From: Octopus sinensis
Lineage: Eukaryota
Length of the DNA: 64,000 nt
NCBI RefSeq assembly: GCF_006345805.1
Contig: NC_043006.1
Span: 20,460,001 to 20,524,000 of the forward strand
Reading direction: 5' to 3'
The position numbers were made by a program, and so were the translations under genes. Shown piece by piece: positions 52,056 through 62,839 of this stretch. Each line of letters opens with the position of its first letter. Within the stretch, counting starts at the first letter, position 1. A model generated the notes under the pieces. It was not told where the DNA came from. It did no database searches and worked only from the letters and a program-made list of their open reading frames with translations.

Positions 52056-53172
52056 TTGACTAGAGCTGGTAAGCTAGAGAGATGCATCAGGCCCCAGTCA
52101 TCTGTTTCGGCTTGGTTTCTACAGTTGGACGCCTTTTCTAACACCAACCACTCTACAGAGTGTTCTGGGTGTCTTTTCTGTGTCACCAGCATGGTTGCCT
52201 TTTACATGTCCCTTCACTGGCCAAGACCACAATGACATGTCTTCCCAAACACAATAATCCTTACTATTATAGCCACAAGGCCTGAAATTTTAGGGGATGG
52301 GAACAATCAATTACATCAACCCCAGGGTTCAACTGGTATTTGTTCCAGCAAACCCAAAAGAATGAAAGTGAAAAGCAAAGCAGACCCCCAGTGGAGTTTT
52401 AACTGAAAACATATAAACAGATGACATACCACTAAGCTTTTTGTCTGGCGTGCTAACAATTCTGCCAGCTTGCCCTCTAATAATCATAGTAATTGTTCCA
52501 AATTTTAACACAAAGCCGGCAATTTTTGAAGGGATCAGGCCAGTTGATTAAACTGGGTCAATAAAATATGTACCAGTTGAGCACTGAGGTAGATGTAAGT
52601 GATTTACCCACTCCTTGAAACTGCTGGCCTTGTGCCAGAATTTGAAATCAATATTTAGGCAGTGACCTAGCAGAATCATTAACAGGTCAGACAAAATGCT
52701 CAGCAACTTTTCTTCCAGCTTTTAAAGTTCTGAGTTCAAATGTTGCCAATGGCAACTTAGCCTTTCATTCTTTTGAGGTTGATAAAAAAAATACCAGTAA
52801 AATACTGGGGATCAATGGTATCAACTTACCCCTTCCCCACAAAATTGCTGCCTTTTACCAAAATTTGAACTCGTCATTTCTGGTTTAGTCATACAGTAAG
52901 CAATTTTGAGGAAGGGGTTAGTCAATTAAATGAATCCCCATACTTGAGTTCCTTAGTTTATTAATCCACCCCACTTTCAAAAAACTCCCCAAAAGATGAA
53001 AGTCAACGTAAAGATCCACAAGAAATAATACTGCAAAGCATTTTTTGGATGCTCTAATAATGACAATAATTTATAGCGAAAAAGCCATAAATTTTAGGAG
53101 AGAGAGTACAGTTAATTTCATTAACTCATAACTCTTTAACTGGTCTACAAGCTAGAGGTAGCTTCCATTTAA

Positions 53173-53392
53173 CCCTTTCGTTACTGTATTTATTTTGAGA
53201 TGCTCTGTGTTTCTTTCAATTACTTTAAATATAACAAAGAATTTAGTAAAATAACTTAGTTATCATTCAGCTAGTGTTAGGAACATCAATTGTGACTAAG
53301 GTTTGGTGGAAGATTTTAATACAGAACTTATGAAAACAAGACTTTTGTACTCAGAGTCAGAGCTAGTTTCAGCCGGGTTGGTAATGAAAGGG
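53173..53392 (-). mobile_element. piggyBac-type MITE family 1, 220 bp
   Basis: TTAA|CCCTTTCGTTAC ... GTAATGAAAGGG|TTAA. Confidence 0.9.
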
Positions 53393-53541
53393 TTAACAGA
53401 ATGTCAGTGTTTTGCTTAGAATTACTAGATGAAAAGGGGAGAAAAGAAAAATGTAATTATTGAAAAATGCAGCAATGAGGAGGTAATAATCAGAATTTAA
53501 CTAAATTTCTTGGTATGAAGGAGGCAGAAATCAGAACTTAC

Positions 53542-55322
53542 CTAAATTTCCTGATGTTCATATCTCGATTGAAAAACCGTATGCAGTGACAAAGTCCATG
53601 TTTGCGTAGAACTTCTAGCAATGCTAGATGATCTTTTGATCTGCGATAATTCGAAGAACTTTCAACTTTAGCTGGAGAGCTTGAATGCCGAACAAACGGT
53701 CGGAGATTGAAGCTGGCATTGTAACTACCAGTGCTGCTTCCACGAAGAATTGAGGTACTACAGTTCTCAAAACCAGCTCTCATTTCATGACCTCGAACTG
53801 ATAATGTTGAGTCCGAAAGCTGCAATTCTCGGACCTTCTCACATGGTCGTTTCTGTAGAGAGGTCTGACTGTTAAGTGATGTCTCCGAAGAACACATAGG
53901 TTGAAAATGCAATGAAGCACTTCTGATTCGCTCCTGGTTATCAAGTGACAAGAGGCTGGCATTAGAACCAAATAAACCTATTCCTGGGATTTTCAATGAA
54001 GAAGAAGGCAATTGAGAAGATGTCAAGTTTGAAGTTGTGGTTATTAAGTCTTCTTCATACTCATCGAAAGCTGGTTCTTGGATAAGGCGTCGCTTGAGGC
54101 GGCTGTTTTTTGTGGGTAACTCAGGACTACAAAAACTCAAATCAGGTGAGCCAGTCCCATCTGAATCAATATTGCTGTATGATGAAAGACCGGGAGAAAG
54201 CTGTGACTGGTCTTTATCCCTTAAACTGCTGCTGGTTTCAGGGGATTTACCCAAGAGACTTGTGGTTTCAGAAGTAACACTCAATAGTGAAGGGGTTGTA
54301 GATGAAGAGGAAATGTTGTCACTCTTATCCTCCTGGTCTTCTTCTTGAGTCACGATGTCTGTACAACTAGTATTAATAGTCGTTACTTCTGTAACAGTAG
54401 ATGGTGTGCTTCCAATTGATACAGCGACATTGGCAGTTGTCTTCACACTTGCTGACGTAGTAACAGCAGTTGTCGTTTTGCTCGATGTAGCAGCAACAGT
54501 TGTCTTCATGCTGGACGTTACCACCGTAGTGGTCTTCATGCTAGGTGTAGCAGCAACAGATGTAACATTGGCAGTTGTCTTAATACTTGGTGCAACGGTA
54601 ACATTTGTCTTCACACTCGTCACCTCAGTGACTGTCGGTTTTGGTGCTGGGGTCGGGACTTCAGTCTTTGGCAAGTGGAAATGATAAGAAACGACACCCA
54701 TTTTCCGCTCCCTAGAACAATCCTTCTTGCCATCTGAAGAACCGCCACGACCAGCCCGTTTGGCAGTTGCACTCGGTGAGGATTTTGATGAAGCACCACT
54801 TTTCTTTGAGGTTGGTGATGAACCATGTTTCTGAGTTGTGCCACTGCTTCCTTGACTCGCAGACTGGCCGGTGCCACTTTTTGATGAACTACTGCGACCA
54901 CTCGTTTCTAATTTTCCACTAACACCACTACTACTGCCACTGCAATTACTTGCAGCCAAACTAGATTTTTCTGATTCTTGCGAACCAAAGGTCGACGAAG
55001 CAGATGAATTAATGTCTGGCGGCACCGGTTCCTTAATGTGGGCCTTTTTCTCTGCTTTCCCGCCATCTTCAGGCTTCTTCTTTGTTACTTTATTCTTGGT
55101 AGCTTCGACTTTTGAATTTTGGCCACTATCACTTGATGTTTTGCTGGCTTTAGTGGTGACGCTACCACTTTTTTGGCTTCCTTTACGCTTCGGAGTAAAG
55201 ACATCTTGTTCAATAACTTGATGTTCTACGTGATCTCTCTGACGTGTAAGTTTCCGACGAGATCCTTCCTGGTTATATTTTGATGAGGTAGACTTTCGAG
55301 AAGATGCCATTCTTCTTCGCTC
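53542..55322 (-). CDS. Large coding exon of a SAM-domain protein: Ser/Thr/Lys-rich low-complexity region followed by the N-terminal half of a SAM-like domain
   Basis: Lies in the 616-aa ORF 53538..55388. Acceptor is a polypyrimidine tract then ttttcag|GAG (AG at 55324-55323, phase 0); donor is TTTAG|GTAAGT (GT at 53541-53540, phase 2). Candidate ATG at 55310 (MASSRK...). Ends LLEVLRKHGLCHCIRFFNRDMNIRKF(R). Confidence 0.9.
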
Positions 55323-55423
55323 CTGAAAAAACAAAAAGAGAAAAAAAGTGATATAAATAAGAGAAAATATCCCAGACACTGAAAGCATTCTATGTTAAAA
55401 AATACCTTGCATTTATTGTTTAA

Positions 55424-55644
55424 CCCTTTAGTGTTTAAACTGGCCAAATCCGGCCCAATATATTCTACATATTTTATATTCAAACTGGCCATATCTAGCC
55501 TCTCACACCTAACCTACAATGCCATTCTAAAAATAAGTAATCACATCATTGAAACCTCAAAGCTGTAAGATGATCCAGGATTAATTCAAAACAATTTGAG
55601 TGGAAAAGTATGACATTTAACAGAGTAATCTGAACACTGAAGGG
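55424..55644 (+). mobile_element. piggyBac-type MITE family 2, 221 bp
   Basis: TTAA|CCCTTTAGTGTT ... AACACTGAAGGG|TTAA. Confidence 0.88.
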
Positions 55645-55824
55645 TTAAAATCTATCAGTATTCAATATATTTCAAAGATTGAAGGCATTGTCATGCCAGG
55701 CAAAATGCTTAGCAGCATTTCAACCACTTTTAATGTTTCGAGTTCAGACTCTGTCAAAGACCTAATAGGTTCAATAAAATAGTACCAGTCGACCCCCCCA
55801 CCCCACCTGAAATTACTGGCTTTG

Positions 55825-56257
55825 GGCCAAAATTTCAAACCAATATATATCTGAAGAATTGGTATGTAACTACCAAGATCTGCACCCATAGTTGGCTTCA
55901 CCTGGGCTTGTGCTTTTCATCCTTACAGGGTTGATAAAAAAAAAAAAGAGTACCAGTTGAACATTGAGGTCAATGTAAACGACTAACCCCCCCCCCCCCT
56001 CCAGAAATTAGTGGCCTTTGGCCAAAATTTCAAACCAATATATATCTGAAGAATTGGTATGTAACTACCAAGATCTGCACCCATAGTTGGCTTCACCTGG
56101 GCTTGTGCTTTTCATCCTTACAGGGTTGATAAAAAAAAAAAAGAGTACCAGTTGAACATTGAGGTCAATGTAAACGACTAACCCCCCCCCCTCCAGAAAT
56201 TAGTGGCCTTTGGCCAAAATTTCAAACCAATATATCTGAGAAATTGGTATATAACTA
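55825..56257. repeat. Near-identical tandem duplication, 192-195-bp period, about 2.3 copies
   Basis: ggccaaaatttc at 55825, 56020 and 56212; the two full units differ essentially only in poly-C length. Confidence 0.92.
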
Positions 56258-56306
56258 ATCGATAAGAAAGACTATAGTGAACTAGTTAGTTGTGGTGAGT
56301 GAAAAA

Positions 56307-56340
56307 TCTAACATTTCAGACATAGTCCTTCTTTAGGGAA
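56307..56340 (-). ncRNA. Degenerate hammerhead-like motif
   Basis: TTCC-CTAAAGA-A-GGAC-tat-GTCT-GAA-ATGT-T-AGA. Same spacing as the other copies, with decay-type changes. Confidence 0.35.
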
Positions 56341-56662
56341 AAAGGAGAAAGGAGAGAAATAAATGCGGATGTAGAACTCTGCTGTTCCTGATTAATTTTT
56401 TTCCTTTCAACATTTCTCCATAGAAGGATTCTGTCTGGAATTAATTTTACTATGTATTTAAGTGTGAGTGTATATTTGATGTTGCATGTCTTTGCATTAA
56501 TAGGGCCGGGCAGCAGTAATGTCTTGTAGTTACTTATATTTCACAGCTTGGTGGATAAAGTAGCTCATTTAGGAACAAGGAAGAATTTTGGTGAAAGTAA
56601 GAGAATCTAGCCATAGAATACTACCTCAAGAACTGTCATCCAAATCCACACACACACACATA

Positions 56663-56704
<42 letters not shown>

Positions 56705-56839
56705 AGTAACTTCAACAGGTATCTCCTATGACCCCAGGCCAACAAAGGCTTTGTGAATGAATATGGTAGATGAAAAATAAGAGAAACCTAGAGATAAAGA
56801 GAAAAAACTTCTGTGCATGTATGTTTATGTTTGCACTCT

Positions 56840-56915
56840 GCTAAGTCACGGGGATGTAAACATATCAACATCAGTTGTCAAGTGATAGTGGGGGCCACAA
56901 ACACATACATAAATA

Positions 56916-56966
<51 letters not shown>

Positions 56967-57063
56967 AGATAGGGGTTGAAAATTCAACCCACCATGGGAT
57001 AATATATATCTCTAATTTTGTAGTATTATATATATATATTATATACATATGTATGTGTATATA

Positions 57064-57136
<73 letters not shown>

Positions 57137-57345
57137 CACACACATATAAATATATATATATAAATATATATGTATATATACGATGGGGTTCTTCCAGTTT
57201 CCATCTACTGAATACACTCACAAGGCTTTGGTCGGCCCAATGCTATAGTAGATGACACTTGCCCAAGGTGGTGCCACGGAGTGGGACTGAACCCGGCACC
57301 ATGTGGTTGGGAAGCAAGCTTCTTATCACGCAGCCACGCCTGCGC
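56840..57345 (-). mobile_element. SINE family A, diverged, with an expanded internal TA tract
   Basis: Head at 57190-57345; 3' remnant at 56840-56900. Confidence 0.8.
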
Positions 57346-57516
57346 CTATATATATTTTGAGAGCAAGAAAGAGAGAGGGGGAGACAGACAGACAGAGAAA
57401 AGCAAGGGGGTTGAGATGTAGAGGACGCAACATGCAGCTGAGATCAAATTCATAGTATCAAGAAGGGAAACACACATGCAAAAACACACACACACACACA
57501 CACACACACAATATAT

Positions 57517-57750
57517 ATATTTCTTTACTGCCCACAAGGGGCTGAACATAGAAGGGGGACAAACAAGGACAGACAAAGGGATTAAGTCGATTACATCGAC
57601 TCCAGTGCTAAACTGGTACTTTACTTATCGACCCTGAAAGGATGAAAGGCAAAGTTGACCTCGGCGGAATTTGAACTCGGAACGTAACGGCAGACGAAAT
57701 ACGGCTACGCATTTCGCCCGGCGTGCTAACGTTTCTGCCAGCTCGCCGCC
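57517..57750 (-). mobile_element. SINE family B with a microsatellite-containing TSD
   Basis: (CA)n-caatata on both sides (57484-57516 and 57751-57780). Confidence 0.93.
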
Positions 57751-58046
57751 ACACACACACACACACACACACACAATATAATTAATACAAAAACATTTAA
57801 AATACTGAGACAGACAGTCAGACAGAGAGAGAGTGAAAGAGAGAAATCATATGAAAATACTTAGGTAATTCCATTGCCAAGAGGGCTACTGTCCCCTTAA
57901 AAAGTATTTATATCCATCCCTTTAAGACTGCAGTCGATGGGGTTCTTTGATCGTCATTTATGCAGCTGCTGTTGTTGTTGCTGTTATTGTTGTCGCTTTT
58001 AGTAAAGCTGTCTGTCACTTCCACTACCACCACCACCACCACCACC

Positions 58047-58087
<41 letters not shown>

Positions 58088-58154
58088 CAACACCACCAAG
58101 TCAGACCACAGTCAGCTTGCACTGCTCAAAGTAGACTTATGGAAATAGACCACG

Positions 58155-58195
<41 letters not shown>

Positions 58196-58868
58196 TATAA
58201 TGATGATGATGATGATGATGATGACTATATATGATAATCAACTGCTTGATAGTGATCCACACACAAATCCAATACATCGGATTGGCAAAAATCCAATAAT
58301 GATATTTTTTTCCCTTTTTTTTTTTCTTTTTTCTTTTTGCGGTTATTTGATTATGGCCATTGCTGTTGTTGTTGATGATGGTGTTAGTAACAGAGACTGA
58401 AAGAGGGGGAGGGAGGGAGGGAGGAGGAAGGTGCAGACAGACAGACAGACAGACAGACACAGAGGAGGAGTAAGGAAGGAGTAAGAGGAGGACTTAACTT
58501 GCAACGCATGCATCTTCTTAGACAAGCACAAGTTCATCATCGCCATCGCCCTCGCCCTCGTCATCATTATCGTCACGCACACATGTTAAAAGCAATTAGG
58601 AAATGACAGAGAGGGAAAAATAATATAGCCGCATAATTGTGTCAATGTGCATAAGAGCAAGTGGGTGTATGTATAGGTGTGTACACACACACACATTTAT
58701 GTGTGTGTGTGTGAATGAGCAAGTATGTGTATGTATGTCTATGTGTAGACATGAAACTTGTTACTTGGGACAAGATATATATCTGAATAAATATACAGCA
58801 AATAATACCAGTGTTACATAAACCATGTATAGACATGTATACATCCACCTCTCTCTCTCTCTCTGTAT

Positions 58869-58903
<35 letters not shown>

Positions 58904-58954
58904 CACACACAAACACCTGTCTTCATCAGAAGTTAAGGCCTCTCCATATATATA

Positions 58955-59718
58955 CAGGGTACGATGGGTAAATTGTTACCATTTTATATTTTGAACTTAG
59001 CACATGCGCACTGTTTGGTTTTGGTTTTGTCGACTACACAGTATAGTAGGGTCAGTTGGGCACAGTCTGTGAGAAAAACAGCACCATGACAAAATTCACT
59101 CTACCAGAAATTTGGAAACGACATGCTGTACTGTTTGGCATTCACGAGTGATAAACATCAAAGATCCAGTCAACAGCATGGTGTTTGGAGTGATCACTAG
59201 TGATGACAACATGGAGGCCTACATCAAGTGCTTGGAGGAGGTAGTGCTGCTCTGGGTCAAGAGGGTGACTGCTGGAAGACCCTATGTCTGGAAACAGGAC
59301 TCAACACCATGCCACACAAGCAGGAAAACCCAGTCATGACTGTCAGACAATTTCTGCAACCACATCATCACTAACATCTGGCCACCTAACTCCACAGACT
59401 GCAACCCCTTTGATTATTATGTGTGGGGCGTAGTTGAGTGAGAGGCCAACAAAACTCCTTGTAATACCAAAGAGGAACTGGAGCCAAGGATTATGGCAGC
59501 ATTCACCAACTTAAACAAGAAGGTCCAGAAGAGTTGCAGGAGATTCCGAAGTCGTCTGGAAGCTGTGGTTGAAGCCAATGGTGATTTTATTGAATAAATT
59601 TTCTCTTTAGTATTTCAAAATATTTTATGTAATTTTGGTAAATATATCTGTTAAAATGAGATGTCAGTGTTACTTTCATTTTTTGCATAATTAGACAACA
59701 ATATATTCCTGCACCCTA
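58955..59718 (+). mobile_element. Internally deleted Tc1/mariner-superfamily transposon with DD37D (maT-type) spacing
   Basis: TA|CAGGGTAC... start and a degenerate inverted end. ATG at 59086 (MTKFTLPEIWKRHAV). Reads VWKQDSTPCH...WPPNSTDCNPFDYYVWG...EANGDFIE*, with 37 residues between the last two catalytic Asp positions. Contains internal stops. Confidence 0.88.
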
Positions 59719-59722
59719 TCTA

Positions 59723-59766
<44 letters not shown>

Positions 59767-60240
59767 TATATACACACACAAGGTGGGTCAAATGCTCTCA
59801 TAGCATTAATGCAAACCAGCTGCCAGCTGACATCTAAGGTCAATTGAGCTTCTTAATGTAGATGTTGTCTCTCTCTACTCTCTATCTCTTCTTCACACCC
59901 ACCACCTCATGGCCTTGTCTTGCCTCTCCGCCACCTGTGACCCCTCTTCACTTCCATCCTCATCGACTGCCATGGCTCAAACATTCCAGCACAGCTAAGC
60001 ACTTGTCATGCTGCACATACTGCCAGCTGCATGCACCACCTCAGGCAGTTGTACAAGACACGCTGGGAAAACTGAACAGGATTACCACATCAGTGTGCTA
60101 TTTAAAGAACAGTGAATATTCCCCTCGCTTTTTGGCAATGATTATTTTTTGAGAATATCTATCTAACACACACATGTCATGCACTGTCCTAATACTGGTG
60201 GAATCAATAAAATAAAATACTTCATCCGGTAAGAGACAAA

Positions 60241-60845
60241 TACCTATTTCTTTACTACCCACGAGGGGCTAAACACAGAGGGGACAAACAAGGACAGACA
60301 AACGGATTGAGTCGATTATATCGACCCCAGTGCGTAACTGGTACTTAATTTATCGACCCCGAAAGGATGAAAGGCAAAGTCGACCTCGGCGGAATTTGAA
60401 CTCAGAACGTAACGGCAGACGAAATACCTATTTCTTTACTACCCACGAGGGGCTAAACACAGAGAGGACAAACAAGGACAGACAAACGGATTGAGTCGAT
60501 TATATCGACCCCAGTGCGTAACTGGTACTTAATTTATCGACCGCGAAAGGATGAAAGGCAAATTCGACCTCGGCGGAATTTGAACTCAGAACGTAACGGC
60601 AGACGAAATACCTATTTCTTTACTATCCACGAGGGGCTAAACACAGACGGGACAAACAAGGACAGACAAACAGATTAAGTCGATTACATCGACCCCAGTG
60701 TGTAACTGGTACTTAATTTATCGACCGCGAAAGGATGAAAGGCAAAGTCGACCTCGGTGGAATTTGAACTCACAACGTAACAACAAGCGAAATACCGCTA
60801 AGCATTTCGCCAGGCGTGCTAACGTTTCTACCAGCTCTCCGCCCT
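60241..60845 (-). mobile_element. SINE family B array: three 184-bp units plus head
   Basis: tacctatttc at 60241, 60425 and 60609. Confidence 0.93.
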
Positions 60846-60997
60846 TGAGACTAATATCATTTAATATATACAGTATTAACTGTGAGTTACTTTTAGTTTC
60901 ATGCTCTGATTGCATGATAGTACATGAAACACTATACAAACTTGTTCAACAATTAAATTATTAGAGGATGAAACTTACAGTAATTCACATTTAATCT

Positions 60998-61042
<45 letters not shown>

Positions 61043-61051
<9 letters not shown>

Positions 61052-61089
61052 ATTTAGGGTATCTAAGAGATACCCTAAAATATAATTTT
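61043..61089. repeat. Near-perfect palindrome (22-bp arms, 3-nt loop)
   Basis: aaaattataatttagggtatct-aag-agataccctaaaatataatttt, one mismatch. Confidence 0.85.
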
Positions 61090-62209
61090 AATAATAATTA
61101 TTACTTTTGAAGGTTTTTATTCCCATGCTGGCCACTTGATAAGATGATCTTATCCTTATTTATTTATATATATACATTTCTTGAAATTCAATTTGTCCTT
61201 AGTCGAAAGACACCTGTTGTTATGTCCTGTTCTTATTTTTATTGTATTTATATTTGTGTAACATTGTCTGTTTTTTCTGTCCTTGTTTTTGTATACATTT
61301 GCTGCTTTCTTCCAAGGAATTTAATGCTCTTAGCTTAGTTTTCCCCTTGGGGCAAAGCACCACTGGAAATCGAACCCTTTAACTTTACAACCATAAGCCG
61401 AACACGTGCCTTCGCATAAACACACTATATGTATGTATGTATACACAAACACACACACACACACTTTTATATATTGTTCATATTTCATGTGTTTGTACAG
61501 AAGTTACTGTGATAGTGTTTGTACCATTATAGTAGTACTGGTTGGTATTTGTTACGGTGTTGTAGTTGTAATGGTTGTTACTTGTAATTGCTGTTGTTCT
61601 TAGTGGTGGCAGCGATGGTAGTGGTAACGGTGGCAGACACCACTTCTCTAGTTTATACTCTTCCCACCCCTCTTACTCTGCGCTCACTCGGTGCTCAATG
61701 TAGTTATGTAATGAAGTTATCTCCCCTAATTAGCTGTAATTGCACACTTCATTAGCTGCTGAATTGGGTGAGGTAATTACACTCTGTAGACTATCACTTA
61801 CACAGAAACAACAACAACAACAACAAAAATTTACAAATAAGCACAAAACCCATCAAACAATAACACAAAAGTCATTAATTAAAGCCTGCTTTAATTAAAA
61901 TCTATATTAAGTTACTGATGTCAAAGTTGTTATTGTAATTGTTTACAGTGAGTGAAAAAAACTAAAATAAAAAAAAAAAAACATGGATTCTATATAAACT
62001 TAGTACTGACACAATTTTTCTTTTTCTTTTTTAGTATAAGCTTCTTAAGCAAAAAATAGAGTATAGATGCCACACCAATACCAGCGTTTTACCCCCAGGT
62101 TGTCTTAAATAAAACAGAAATTTCATAGACACAAATTGAATTCTCTACTTTATCTAATGCAGTATTGAGTTGGTTAGGTCTATCACATATTACATCATCA
62201 CCATCGTCC

Positions 62210-62242
<33 letters not shown>

Positions 62243-62344
62243 GGTTGTAACCTTTCGTCCTGTTTTGTCCCTTTATGTTTTCCAAAATTTCAACCTTGTG
62301 CCTTTAGTTGAAAGGATTATTATTATTATTATATTATTATTATT

Positions 62345-62560
62345 ATTATTAAGACGGCAGGCTGGCAGAATCGTTAGCACGCCGGGCGAAATGCTTAGCA
62401 GTGTTTCATCTGCTTCAAATTCTGAGATCAAATTCCACTGTGGTTGACTTTGCTTTTCATCCTTTCAGGGTCAATAAAATAAGTACCAGTGAGCATTGGT
62501 GTCGATGTAATTGACTTATCCCCTCCCCACAAATTGTTGCCCTTATGGCAAAATTTGAAA
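62345..62560 (+). mobile_element. SINE family B variant with an alternative 3' end and (ATT)n tail
   Basis: Same head and core as family B; ends ...aaatttgaaacc(att)n. Similar older copies near 5340-5770, 10110, 20800, 21130, 24915, 25500 and 52270-52880. Confidence 0.75.
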
Positions 62561-62561
62561 C

Positions 62562-62593
<32 letters not shown>

Positions 62594-62596
<3 letters not shown>

Positions 62597-62680
62597 TATG
62601 TTTGACTTTTGCTTTATATTTGTACAAGTTGGCTCCAAGTCTCACCCAGAGACCTCAAGAGACAACAGGTTGGAAGTTCA
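62594..62680 (-). mobile_element. 87-bp retroelement 3' end identical to 20981-21067 (diverged third copy at 62837-62913)
   Basis: Base-by-base comparison. Confidence 0.75.
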
Positions 62681-62783
62681 TGCTGTTGTTATACCTAGTG
62701 TGCCATATATTTGTTGTTTTTTTTTTTGTGTTGTACTAGTGAATGTCCGAAAAAAAAAAAGAAAATTATGTTCGTTTTAAACC

Positions 62784-62839
<56 letters not shown>

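Noticed and set aside
54037-55221. Plus-strand ORFs of 103-116 aa
   Set aside because: Antisense shadows of the real minus-strand exon; no splice support.
55851-56260. CTGAAGA plus a TTGGTA/TACCAA hairpin in each tandem unit, suggestive of a satellite hammerhead
   Set aside because: The GAAA box is replaced by GATC, and no stem III or stem I can be formed.
57908-58460. Poly-H/Y/N/D/M ORFs
   Set aside because: (ACC)n, (ACT)n, (AAT)n and (GAT)n runs.
58499-58582. Possible upstream exon (MMTRARAM...HALQ) in phase with the large exon
   Set aside because: Donor GTTAAG is weak and the sequence is low-complexity.
30605-60845. Regularly spaced repeats superficially like CRISPR arrays
   Set aside because: Units are whole SINE bodies without unique spacers, in eukaryotic DNA with no cas genes.
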